A stretch of DNA of 64,000 nucleotides, taken from the IMG/VR virus record IMGVR_UViG_3300032334_001923, positions 63,288-127,287 of that record. One strand, written 5' to 3'. This DNA comes from a virus. The position numbers and the translations under genes are program-made. The notes beneath the pieces are model-generated. The model worked only from the letters and a program-made list of their open reading frames with translations. It had not been told where the DNA came from and made no database searches. Below are positions 19,013-28,729 of the stretch, in pieces; position 1 is the first letter of the stretch, and every line of letters begins with the position of its first letter.

Positions 19013-20008
19013 ATGGCATCAGTATTAATAACATTAACAACAGCAGGAACAGATACGGGACCTTTCAACCTGTATTCAAATACGGATGGATACGTTACCG
19101 CTTTTCAGACTAACGTGTCTAAAATTCTTCTTATTGGTGGATATACATCTACCCTAGTTCCAAATGGAACAACCACCATAAGAGTGAAGTCAAACAACCC
19201 TGGACTTTGTACGAATTATGTGGATCTTGCAGTTTCTGGTATGACAACTACAACAACTACCACAACTGCTGCACCTATTGGATTCTATTGGCTTAACGGA
19301 GGATCAGCAAATTCGTTTAGTGGAGCTTTCATGAGATTGACAAGTCCTTACACGTCTTCCAATTTCTTGAACAATCAATCCCTTACAAGCGGAACAACAA
19401 AAGCTTGGACTTCATCCCCTCCCATTCCTCTTGCATCTACAAATTCTAGTTTTTTCTTTACTGGTGTCCCTAGTAGTCTTAGTTTGACCGGAAATGCTAC
19501 TCTCACGATGCTACCAAGTAATACTAACACTAATACAAATCTTATTGTAGGTGCGACTTCAGCAAGTCTTAGTTGGACTGGGATTAATACCACGGGTCAA
19601 ACAAGCATGCAGGTTACTATGTATACTAGCACTGCTGCGACAACTAGTACGACTACAATTGCTCCTAACTCTTATGTGTTAGATTATTCTGCTAATAAGA
19701 ATATTCAGACGTGGACTTTGTCCATAAATGGATCTGCATCTTTCTATAATAGTGCTTTCCCGGCGGCTACTATTAATTATTTCTATATACCTACAACATA
19801 TTCTGGAACATTTGTTCTTGCTTTTATTATGTTAGGCACACCTTCGTCTGTTAGTGCAGTCTTTACAGGAAGCGGAAGTGGAGGTCCTCATACTGCTACT
19901 ACGGTCTACCAGTCTAGTTATGGAATTTATAGTGTTTATAAATCGACTTGGACAAGTAAAACTATTGGTGGAGGACCAGGAAATGGAATGTATATCACAA
20001 TATTTTAA
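19013..20008 (+). CDS. Thr/Ser-rich putative virion surface protein with TTTT linkers
   Basis: N-terminal domain (TAGTDTGPFNLYS...CTNYVDL), then TTTTTTTTAAP and TTSTTTIAP linkers separating small domains. Confidence 0.6.
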   Translation: MASVLITLTTAGTDTGPFNLYSNTDGYVTAFQTNVSKILLIGGYTSTLVPNGTTTIRVKSNNPGLCTNYVDLAVSGMTTTTTTTTAAPIGFYWLNGGSANSFSGAFMRLTSPYTSSNFLNNQSLTSGTTKAWTSSPPIPLASTNSSFFFTGVPSSLSLTGNATLTMLPSNTNTNTNLIVGATSASLSWTGINTTGQTSMQVTMYTSTAATTSTTTIAPNSYVLDYSANKNIQTWTLSINGSASFYNSAFPAATINYFYIPTTYSGTFVLAFIMLGTPSSVSAVFTGSGSGGPHTATTVYQSSYGIYSVYKSTWTSKTIGGGPGNGMYITIF

Positions 20009-20020
20009 CAATTAAAAAAT

Positions 20021-20995
20021 ATGCAAAAAAAAGTAATATTTATTAGTGTACAGCCAGACGATCCATACTTCTTTTGGCAGGTCGAGGTTTTTATACATAA
20101 TTTTATGAAATCTGGTGTTCCTTCCCGCAATATACATGTTCTTTTTTCCTATGAGAATGAACCAAGTCAGGGATTATTGGAGTTAGCTCAGAAATATAAA
20201 TTCATAAAATTCTTTTTTTACAAAAAAACTCCGGTTGATAATTTTGGATACATTCCTATTTTAAGACCGGATGCTCTAGAACAGCACTTTAGAAAATTCC
20301 CTCATCTAGCTAACGAGATTTTTTTCTATCACGATTCTGATATAATCTTTAGAGAACTTCCTAATTTCGATTCTTTAAAAGATGATGAATTCTGGTATCT
20401 TAGTGACACGATCTCCTATATAGGTGGAGACTATATTAAATCTAAATCAGATTCTCTGCTAACAGAGCTCTGTCAGGTAGCAGGAATCGATAGATCGGTA
20501 GTTGAAGAAAACGAGAATAATTCAGGGGGAGCACAATATTTACTAAAAGAAATAGATGCTGACTATTGGGCTGATGTGAATAAAGTAACCCTGGATCTTT
20601 ATAAATATATGTCAGAGAGGGAAGTAGAAGAGAGAAAGACATTAACAGAGGAGCAGCTAATATCTTACAACCCTATTCAGAAATGGTGCGCTGATATGTG
20701 GGGGGTTTTATGGTGCGGATGGAAGAGAGGACTTAAATCTAAGATCACTCCGGAATTTGGATTCAGCTGGGGCTCTTCAAGTTCTCAAGAGTGGAGTTAT
20801 TTTAAGATCATGCACAATGCAGGAGCTATGAATAATGAAGGAGGAAAAAGATTTTACAAAGCGGAATACATGACAAAAAGTCCTTTTGATGCAGATCTAT
20901 CGTCAATAGATCCTGCTAATAACACATGGAACTATGTTCAAGCAATACTCTCAGCAAAAGAGAAGAGAAAGTCTCTTTGGGAGGGGTCTTTATAA
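20021..20995 (+). CDS. Glycosyltransferase resembling GT96 peptidyl-serine galactosyltransferase / GT95 HPAT protein O-glycosyltransferases
   Basis: WQVEVFIHNFMKSG, YIPILRP, DxD motif HDSDIIF, GGAQYLL and KWCADMW, in the order seen in plant/algal SGT1/HPAT enzymes. Confidence 0.65.
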   Translation: MQKKVIFISVQPDDPYFFWQVEVFIHNFMKSGVPSRNIHVLFSYENEPSQGLLELAQKYKFIKFFFYKKTPVDNFGYIPILRPDALEQHFRKFPHLANEIFFYHDSDIIFRELPNFDSLKDDEFWYLSDTISYIGGDYIKSKSDSLLTELCQVAGIDRSVVEENENNSGGAQYLLKEIDADYWADVNKVTLDLYKYMSEREVEERKTLTEEQLISYNPIQKWCADMWGVLWCGWKRGLKSKITPEFGFSWGSSSSQEWSYFKIMHNAGAMNNEGGKRFYKAEYMTKSPFDADLSSIDPANNTWNYVQAILSAKEKRKSLWEGSL

Positions 20996-20999
20996 TAAG

Positions 21000-21007
21000 A
21001 ATATATA
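21000..21007 (+). promoter_or_regulatory. Candidate late promoter AATATATA
   Basis: Recurrent intergenic RATATATA motif, 12 nt before ATG 21020. Confidence 0.4.
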
Positions 21008-21019
21008 GAAGAAACTAAA

Positions 21020-22786
21020 ATGGCAAACACACCCACAGGGATAAATCAGGGAGATTTTATTTATTTCTACGACACGAGCACAGGAAACGTGACCGGGTGG
21101 GATTGGTATTTTCCTGGAGGTACTCCAACAGGAAGTTTTTCTTTCGCTCAGTTGGTTAATTATTACAATGTTAATACAAACGGATATCCCGTTAGTCTTA
21201 GTGTTACCGATGGCGTTATAACATCATCAGTTACAGAGAATAATTTGATAGTGGTATCACCAGAACAGATATCACCTTCACTTTTAATCAGTACCCCGAT
21301 TGGTCCTTTCCCTTCAGGCACTGCTAATCTGAGTGAAAGCATTACTTTTACAGCAACCGGTGGAACCGGATCTGGGATTCAATATTACACGTGGAACCTA
21401 CCAGGTACAGCAGGATTCACGGGAACGTCACCTTCAGTAACCACCAACATTTATGACTGGTTGACTCTGACAGGGTCTGATCTTGGTGCTTTGTATAGCA
21501 CATATTTTGCATCTGCTCAGGTTTCTTTATCGACAGTGGTTGGTAATACCTTTGTTGCATCTAATTCGCTAACGTATAATAAGAGTGGAATAGCCGAGAG
21601 CTTCAATCTTTGTGATGTTAATGTGACTGGACCTACAGCTCATAACATCCAATACTATCAAGTTTCTCCTTACAATCTAGCAACTATAAACACGTCAACT
21701 ATTGGTTTACTAGGATCTTCATATCTAGTCATGGAAACAAAACAACTAGATTCTAGCTACACTATAAATAACTTGTCATCCCATGTGGAAGGTGAGACTG
21801 TTAATTTTTACTCTCCGAGTATGGACATAATGACCAATTCAGAGGGAAGAATCCCTGGACTGGTCGTGGCTTCAGGTTCTGCTTTTAGTGTGATGGGGGT
21901 ATCGGTTCCTCCTCTCAACAGATACACGGTTGGTAAGTATATGTGGCCTAATGATATTAGCGGAGTTCTAGGGAATCAATTTTATTTTGCTGACTCGTCA
22001 GGAGCATTAACAACCCCTTTAACTGTGGGAGCATCAGGAGATTATACCAAAAGATGCTGGTCTGATGATGCCCTTGATCTCTTCTTGAACGATGTCTCTT
22101 ATGCTAGTGTCAGTTCTAAAAGCTGGGAGAATTCTCAATCAGCTTTGCCCTCTAAGGTTAACGGTGTCGATGGCGGATTAAACTCTCGTGGACCTTGCTA
22201 TCCAGCAAGCATCGCAATGGGTGGAATTGATGTTGCGATTACCCTTAGATTTTACGGAGGACCTACTAGATCATGGACTGGTTCATCGCTTTTAGGAAGC
22301 TTGGTCATTAACGTAAGCACTTCGAATGCGAGAGGAAATTCACCAGACGGAACTATTCTGCTGGCTCAGGACACTGGATATTACACACAAAAGGGATTAG
22401 CTTTCAAACTGAACTCTGCTTTCTCCTCCGCAAATTTAACCCCTTATATGAGTGCAGTGGCTAGCAAATATCTTGCAACATACGAACTTATGCCAGAAGT
22501 TGACCGTGATGAATTTAACGGGCTTCAGGTTTCAATAATTGATGAGTATGTTACTAGCGCCAAAGGGTCTTTACCTATACTGAGTGCGGGAAGCATCCCC
22601 GATGGCTACTTTATAACCAAAGTTGAATTTACTAATACCGCTGGAAGTTGGACTAGTCCTTTTACTGGTTATCCCTCATATAATTGGCTGGGTTTTTATT
22701 TAGACGGTCTAGACTTATTTCTTTTCAACCTGGCAAACTCAACATATGATTCAGGACCAAGAAGAGGTTGGTTTTTCACAGGATAA
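21020..22786 (+). CDS. PKD-domain virion structural/adhesion protein
   Basis: FYDTSTGNVTGWDWYFPGGTP...YPVSLSVTDG is a PKD motif; a second Ig-like unit YYTWNLPG follows. Confidence 0.7.
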   Translation: MANTPTGINQGDFIYFYDTSTGNVTGWDWYFPGGTPTGSFSFAQLVNYYNVNTNGYPVSLSVTDGVITSSVTENNLIVVSPEQISPSLLISTPIGPFPSGTANLSESITFTATGGTGSGIQYYTWNLPGTAGFTGTSPSVTTNIYDWLTLTGSDLGALYSTYFASAQVSLSTVVGNTFVASNSLTYNKSGIAESFNLCDVNVTGPTAHNIQYYQVSPYNLATINTSTIGLLGSSYLVMETKQLDSSYTINNLSSHVEGETVNFYSPSMDIMTNSEGRIPGLVVASGSAFSVMGVSVPPLNRYTVGKYMWPNDISGVLGNQFYFADSSGALTTPLTVGASGDYTKRCWSDDALDLFLNDVSYASVSSKSWENSQSALPSKVNGVDGGLNSRGPCYPASIAMGGIDVAITLRFYGGPTRSWTGSSLLGSLVINVSTSNARGNSPDGTILLAQDTGYYTQKGLAFKLNSAFSSANLTPYMSAVASKYLATYELMPEVDRDEFNGLQVSIIDEYVTSAKGSLPILSAGSIPDGYFITKVEFTNTAGSWTSPFTGYPSYNWLGFYLDGLDLFLFNLANSTYDSGPRRGWFFTG

Positions 22787-22810
22787 CAAACTTATAATAT
22801 ATAATTTCAA

Positions 22811-25800
22811 ATGCCAAGTGCTTCATTAAATATCAATCAAATAGCTTTAGACTCTCAGTTTTATGTTTGGGGATCGGGAGAAGATGTCAGAAGATTCAAC
22901 GGATCTTCATGGGAATATTACAACTATCTAAATTCAGCTGTGCCTGGACCCTTTGGTGGTTCATTTTCACTGGACACCAGAACCGTCTCTATAGACCCCG
23001 AGGAGAAACTTTGGTGTGGAGTTGCTGAAGGCCCAACATCAGGGTTCAATGAAGTTGCGGTTTTCTATATCAACACAAACGACGTTGATGAAGGTGAATC
23101 TTGGAGATTTTCAGATCTTGGAGATTTTGGAGGAATCCCACAAGAAACATCTTTCGTCTATGCTTGTCCATTTGGTGATGACGTTTACGCTTTTGTTACC
23201 CCTCTTAATGGTATAGGTGGAACTGCAGGAATTTCTAATTATACTAGATTCTACGGGGTTACCGGAGGGAGACTTTTTTACCATCTGAAAGAGACGGGTC
23301 AATGGAAAGAGACAATTCCAAATTATCCTTGGCCACATATCTATGACATGCAAGCTAAAGGTATAGACGGAAAAAGTTATTTCTATTATGTTGCAACCAA
23401 CGAGGGACTTATGACAATTCCTCAGGGAAGTCTTTCCACTGTTGAACTTACTGACGGAACTCAAATAATTAAACAAGCACAGGTTTACAACACCCACACA
23501 TCAGGAATAATCTCTGATAACGTTTATGCTCTTGACCTTGACGAAGACGGGAATCTTTGGATGGGTACAGATAAAGGCCTTTCATTTTTTAACGGGCATG
23601 GATTCTGGAACTATGGAACAACTGGACCTGTGACTGCGATTAAATCTAGACCTAACGGCCACGTGTTCTACTCAACAGGGGATGGCGAGCTTGGCCAGGG
23701 TGCTGGTCTTTGGCATTTTAACGGCAGTACACACACTTTATTTACAAATTCTAATTCTACCCTTTCAAGCAATAATATCATCGATATTGAGCTCGTAGGA
23801 GGCAATATAGATCAGTCTGGACTTATTGCTCACGAGAATGCCCTTTGGGTTCTAGAGTACAATGTGCTTTCTTCTTTTGATTATGATATTCCACATGTTT
23901 ACGGGTCTTCCAAGTATGCTGGAGCTACCGGATGGAATTTCGTCTACTACAGTCCTACTGGAGGAACTAGTGCTCCTTTGCCTAAGGTGAACAAATATAC
24001 TTGGACATATCCAGAGTGGAGGGTTTATCAAGATGATTATCTTGCTTCCAAACATCCTGGACTTGATCCGAGGAATTTATTCATGACCACGAAGCTGAGC
24101 GCTATAGCAGACGGCAGAGCAGGAAAACAGCCTTATTGGGATAATTTCCCTCTTCCAAGTTACGAACAGGAAGTTTGGGAAGGCAAGGTAACAGGTCCAA
24201 CTTGGATAAAGGAAATAGCTCTAGTCGGAACTGATGCAGGATATGATTATCCTGATTTAAAAATAACTTGCTCTACAACTCTAAACGTTGATGGATCAAC
24301 TAAATTGTATATTGGTGGAGAAATCTCCGGAAATACGACAGGGTATCTAGGTTATTATAATGATACCGAGCTAGCAACAGTTGTGAATCTAAATCCCACA
24401 ATGGGAGGAAGTGCTGCTAGTGTGCTAGATTCCAATTCAGGATTTTTTGCTAAAATGGGATTCATTGCTTGCTATGATGAAGATGGGTATGTTGAATCCG
24501 TACTTCCTTTTAGAGGTTACTCAACTAAAATAGATTCACTGTCACCTTCTGCAGATGGGAATTCAATCATAGCTACCGGATCTTATAATTGGCTAATAGA
24601 AAACGGACCTTATGTTTATCCCGGATGGCTTGGAGCAACAAATACTTATTTAGGTGGGCCTACAGGAGCTCCTATAGGTCTAACGAATATTAACGTTCCT
24701 GGTGCAACCACTGGGATTTACAACTGGATAACTTCAGTGGGTCAGACTGGGTCTAATTTCTTCTACACTTATAGTGGAGGATCAACAAGTACTCTAGTAT
24801 ACATCGGGGTTCTCGGACCTGGAGCTGGTAACCCCGGAGGAATCGATTTCGAATACAATGTGGGAGCTTTAACCCAATATGCCCATGATGTGAGTGCTAT
24901 AACGGTCAACTTTATTGACTTCAACATGACTGATTGGAGTAATGCTTATGAGCAACTCCCTACCGGATACGTGATAACAATTACTGACTATGTCGGAACA
25001 GGGGAAGTTCTTGCCAATTATACAATAGATTCAATAAATCTAGGGAATAACGGACCGGGAAGCACCGCAAAATTTAACGTTACATATCAAGGAGGAACCT
25101 CAGGGAACATAGATTTCAATGTTATTACGTATTCTTTTCTTGGATTTGATGTTTATTCGTATCTGACTAGCTGCTTCCCTCTTGTACCTGCACTAGAAAC
25201 AATTAGCAGTCAAGAATCTGCAAATATACACGCCCCTGGAGTTTTTGTAGCTCAGATTGAGAAAGACCTTGGCGATATAAGTTCATTTGCTGGTATAACT
25301 GGAGATTACACTTCTGATATCAGGAAGTCTTATAGAATAACCGACTTTAGAACTTTCCCTTCAGTTAACCAAGTCCCTTCCTCAACATCAGAAACTTTAA
25401 ACTCGATATACTCAAAATCTGATACCAGTGCTAATTTTGTAAATGTCGCTATAGTTTCAGGAGCTACTGCTGCTCCTAGTTTATCTACATTGAAGAATTC
25501 GTGGAACAGAAACAATGATAATCCATCTACTGTTGAAGTTTTAAAAGATCCGCTCTCTCAGAACTTCATGTCTTATGTGAGATTAAATGCTTCTGATTTT
25601 TCTTTACAGACAACTGTTAATGCTGAGGGATCTACATCTGGGTACTTATACCAAGGAATAAATTCTTTGAACTCTCTATCCAATGAAGATACTGTTTTAA
25701 TCACGGGTAATTCGTGTAAAGATTTCTCAATAGGTGGAATGGGATTAACTGGACCAACCTCATCTGTTCCTTATCCTTATTTTGCAATAATTTCAACGTC

Positions 25801-26917
25801 AGGTACAGGTGTTACTGGGTATTTTATGAACGATGCCCAGCCTGGAACAGGATCTATAAATTCATCCAAGGATAGATCAACATATTACGTGACCTCAATA
25901 TATGGTGGATCTGGTTCTTACTTTAGGGAAGATTTTGTAGCAGGATCTACCGGCACTTATCTTCTAACCGCTCAGATAACTGAACAAGGTGTTGTTAAAA
26001 ATACTTTTGGTCCTCATTTGGAAACCTACGCTAGTAACATACAGAAGATTTCAGCTTCAGAGATCATGCCTAATGGCCAGTATTTTATTTCTTATTCCGA
26101 CTATAGCATTGCCTCCTTTCACCTACAAAAATTCTTAAAATCAACTCAGGATGGAAGAATAACTGATACGAATTATTTCAGCGGACCTGATCCTTCTACA
26201 TCTTTATTTAATTTTTCGGTATCTGATAAATCCGATATTTATATGTCTATAACATGGGGGAATTCCACCACAGCGCCTTTACCTTTTGGGTATAACTATC
26301 CTTATGGACTAGGCTCAGGAAACTCACAAGTTATTAAAGCTGAGCAATATAAGCCAGATTTAGGAATAAACTTAGGTGGTATAATTTCGAGACCCGGATC
26401 AGGCGCTTGGACGTGGTGTGATGTCCACTCAACAGACAACTATTTTGAAATACCTTTAATGTCTACGGTTATCCTAAACAACTATGCTTCCAATATCTAT
26501 GGTAAGCAAAATAACGTTTGGTCTCTAATAGATTCTTCTACTGATAATGATTTGCTGACTGTGAAATCTACACCTTACTTTATCTACACATTTACCCAAC
26601 CTGGATTCTATACGGTGAACAATCAAGTTGAAGATTCTCAAGGAAATGTTTATGAGGTTTCTAAACCTGGATTTATTAAAGTTGTGGACCATCTGGCTAA
26701 GAGACCTGATGATCTAAGACCTGAATTTGTAGATTCAACTGACTATGGATACCCTCCGGGAGTGCCTTTCTATGAAAGAGATGAGGAAGCTAAGAAACTT
26801 GCAGCCGAGCTATTAAAAGATGAAAAAGAAATCTTAAGTCAAGAAATTCAACCATTTGGCTCTGATCTTAAAATAGCTCCTAATCCGGATGCAACGTTTG
26901 ATGAGTATGACTATTAA
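22811..26917 (+). CDS. Large tail-associated protein with beta-propeller repeats and C-terminal PKD-like domain
   Basis: SDNVYALDLDEDGNLWMGTDKGLSFFNG and LSSNNIIDIE propeller repeats; YTFTQPGFYTV near the C-terminus. Confidence 0.65.
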   Translation: MPSASLNINQIALDSQFYVWGSGEDVRRFNGSSWEYYNYLNSAVPGPFGGSFSLDTRTVSIDPEEKLWCGVAEGPTSGFNEVAVFYINTNDVDEGESWRFSDLGDFGGIPQETSFVYACPFGDDVYAFVTPLNGIGGTAGISNYTRFYGVTGGRLFYHLKETGQWKETIPNYPWPHIYDMQAKGIDGKSYFYYVATNEGLMTIPQGSLSTVELTDGTQIIKQAQVYNTHTSGIISDNVYALDLDEDGNLWMGTDKGLSFFNGHGFWNYGTTGPVTAIKSRPNGHVFYSTGDGELGQGAGLWHFNGSTHTLFTNSNSTLSSNNIIDIELVGGNIDQSGLIAHENALWVLEYNVLSSFDYDIPHVYGSSKYAGATGWNFVYYSPTGGTSAPLPKVNKYTWTYPEWRVYQDDYLASKHPGLDPRNLFMTTKLSAIADGRAGKQPYWDNFPLPSYEQEVWEGKVTGPTWIKEIALVGTDAGYDYPDLKITCSTTLNVDGSTKLYIGGEISGNTTGYLGYYNDTELATVVNLNPTMGGSAASVLDSNSGFFAKMGFIACYDEDGYVESVLPFRGYSTKIDSLSPSADGNSIIATGSYNWLIENGPYVYPGWLGATNTYLGGPTGAPIGLTNINVPGATTGIYNWITSVGQTGSNFFYTYSGGSTSTLVYIGVLGPGAGNPGGIDFEYNVGALTQYAHDVSAITVNFIDFNMTDWSNAYEQLPTGYVITITDYVGTGEVLANYTIDSINLGNNGPGSTAKFNVTYQGGTSGNIDFNVITYSFLGFDVYSYLTSCFPLVPALETISSQESANIHAPGVFVAQIEKDLGDISSFAGITGDYTSDIRKSYRITDFRTFPSVNQVPSSTSETLNSIYSKSDTSANFVNVAIVSGATAAPSLSTLKNSWNRNNDNPSTVEVLKDPLSQNFMSYVRLNASDFSLQTTVNAEGSTSGYLYQGINSLNSLSNEDTVLITGNSCKDFSIGGMGLTGPTSSVPYPYFAIISTSGTGVTGYFMNDAQPGTGSINSSKDRSTYYVTSIYGGSGSYFREDFVAGSTGTYLLTAQITEQGVVKNTFGPHLETYASNIQKISASEIMPNGQYFISYSDYSIASFHLQKFLKSTQDGRITDTNYFSGPDPSTSLFNFSVSDKSDIYMSITWGNSTTAPLPFGYNYPYGLGSGNSQVIKAEQYKPDLGINLGGIISRPGSGAWTWCDVHSTDNYFEIPLMSTVILNNYASNIYGKQNNVWSLIDSSTDNDLLTVKSTPYFIYTFTQPGFYTVNNQVEDSQGNVYEVSKPGFIKVVDHLAKRPDDLRPEFVDSTDYGYPPGVPFYERDEEAKKLAAELLKDEKEILSQEIQPFGSDLKIAPNPDATFDEYDY

Positions 26918-27570
26918 GAGTCTTTGAGAGCATTAAGAACTTCCTCAACAATCGGATCTCTATGATTTGTTTTCAATGAGATCATGGAAATTCCCTCTAT
27001 AAAGCTTAGCTTTTTAGAAAGCCAATCAAATCCACTAAGTTTTTTGTCTTTTAGATCTATCTGGGAATTATCTCCTACGAATATCATCTTTGCACCCATA
27101 CAAAGCCTTGTGATAATCAGTTCAAGTTGGTTTTGTGTTATGTTCTGAGATTCGTCTATAACAACACAACAATCTGAAAAGTTTCTACCTCTCATAAATC
27201 CAATGGGTATAACCTCTATATTTCCCTCCATGATCTCTTTGTCAATCTTATCCTTGCTGTAAAGAACATACATGTTATCATAAATGGATGCTGTATATGG
27301 AGCTAGCTTAGCGTCCTTGTCACCAGGAAGAAATCCAATATCTTCACCTGCTGTTACCGCGGGACGTGTGAGGATTATCTTTTTTACCTCTTTCTTAAAA
27401 AGAAGATCCAGTGCCACTTGGGCTGCTAGAAGAGATTTACCACTTCCTGCCTGTCCCTTTAAAAAGGATATCTTTGATTGTAGAATTTTGTCCTTCGCTG
27501 CCTTTTGCTCTTCGTTAAGTGCGATGTTAAATTTAATAGGGTTTTTAGGCTTTTTTGTGGAATTTTGCAT
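26914..27570 (-). CDS. phoH: PhoH-family ATPase
   Basis: Walker A GQAGSGKS, ILTRPAV, GFLPGD, FMRGRNF, VIDESQN, GDNSQID, HRDP. Confidence 0.95.
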   Translation of the reverse strand: MQNSTKKPKNPIKFNIALNEEQKAAKDKILQSKISFLKGQAGSGKSLLAAQVALDLLFKKEVKKIILTRPAVTAGEDIGFLPGDKDAKLAPYTASIYDNMYVLYSKDKIDKEIMEGNIEVIPIGFMRGRNFSDCCVVIDESQNITQNQLELIITRLCMGAKMIFVGDNSQIDLKDKKLSGFDWLSKKLSFIEGISMISLKTNHRDPIVEEVLNALKDS

Positions 27571-27588
27571 GGGCTATGTTTTTTTAGT

Positions 27589-27729
27589 TTATATAACAAT
27601 ATATCGTTTGTTATTATTAAAATGAAAGGATAATTTTCCTTGTCCTTTTGTGGAATAAATTGCTGATTTCAAGCTTAAAGATACATCCAAGGTATCTTTT
27701 TTAGAGAGTTTTATGTTTTGCCACTCCAT
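27589..27729 (-). CDS. Possible small hypothetical protein (46 aa)
   Basis: Read manually: ATG at 27729, MEWQNIKLSKKDTLDV...RYIVI*; fills the gap upstream of phoH on the same strand; below the ORF-track cut-off. Confidence 0.3.
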   Translation of the reverse strand: MEWQNIKLSKKDTLDVSLSLKSAIYSTKGQGKLSFHFNNNKRYIVI

Positions 27730-27752
27730 ATTTAGTAGTTGTCCGAGACATT

Positions 27753-27762
27753 GATATATATT
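27753..27762. promoter_or_regulatory. Candidate promoter in the divergent region (GATATATA on +, AATATATA on -)
   Basis: gatatatatt lies between phoH (-) and the 27794 gene (+). Confidence 0.4.
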
Positions 27763-27793
27763 TCGCTCTAAAATGAAATAAAAAAATTAAAAA

Positions 27794-28708
27794 ATGGCAA
27801 CAGTAAACATTACAGAAATTTTGGGCTCCGACTCTATCTCGGGGTCTAGGATAACCATCAATTCAAACTTTTTAATCCTCCAGAACTGGATAAACGGATA
27901 TATCACGGTTTTCGGGATAGACAGCGTGAATGGGATTTTGGATTTAACCTCGGCTTCGACCGGTAGGGTTAGTGCTAAGCAAGGCAGCTTTAATTCTCTA
28001 GCCCTTCCGTCTTCAGGTACAGCTTTGGCCTCAGTGAACTCTTCAGGACAAGCATCCTTTGCAAGCGTCGCAACAACCACACTAACTGCTTCTGGAGCTG
28101 TGACATTAAACGGATCGGTAACTCTTTCATCTGCATCTATATTTACAGTAGGAGGTACCTCTAGCTTTAACGGGTCACTATCCGCTAACGGTGCTTTCTA
28201 TTTAGGAACATCCCAATTAACAGGACACGTGATCGCTCAGAATACGATGTATCTTTCTGGGTTAACCGCAGGCTCTGCCTTCCCCGCAAATACTTCAGGT
28301 GGCGGAGGAGTTTATACGTCTATGAATTCCCCTTATGCACTGACGGGACAAGAAGATGTTATTTACGCAAATTGCGGACCAACCGGATTTTATCTAAAAA
28401 TGGTTAACGGGCTTTCTCCTTTCGGCGGTACATTACCTAACATACCTCAAGGATCTAGAATAACTATTATCAACACATCTTCTGCTACAGGGTATATCTG
28501 GACCGGAACTACGGGAGCTACCGCTTATTATACAGGGTTCAACACTGCCGCTTCTTATGGCGGATTTTCTTCAGGTGGTATAGTGGTAAACCAGAATAAG
28601 GCATACAGATCTTCAGTTACCCTTCAATGGGAACCTAGAGTTGGACAGGGACAAGCCAACCAAAACGGTTCTTGGGTAGTTTTGAGCTCTACTAATATGA
28701 CAGTTTAA
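27794..28708 (+). CDS. Tail fibre/baseplate-attached structural protein
   Basis: N-terminal EILGSDSISGSRITINSNF anchor-like motif related to the 40097/41711/43460 N-termini; Ser/Thr/Gly-rich beta-helix-like middle. Confidence 0.55.
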   Translation: MATVNITEILGSDSISGSRITINSNFLILQNWINGYITVFGIDSVNGILDLTSASTGRVSAKQGSFNSLALPSSGTALASVNSSGQASFASVATTTLTASGAVTLNGSVTLSSASIFTVGGTSSFNGSLSANGAFYLGTSQLTGHVIAQNTMYLSGLTAGSAFPANTSGGGGVYTSMNSPYALTGQEDVIYANCGPTGFYLKMVNGLSPFGGTLPNIPQGSRITIINTSSATGYIWTGTTGATAYYTGFNTAASYGGFSSGGIVVNQNKAYRSSVTLQWEPRVGQGQANQNGSWVVLSSTNMTV

Positions 28709-28729
28709 TAATAAAAATTAGAAACCTTA

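Noticed and set aside
27284-27625. 113-aa plus-strand ORF
   Set aside because: Antisense to the well-supported phoH.
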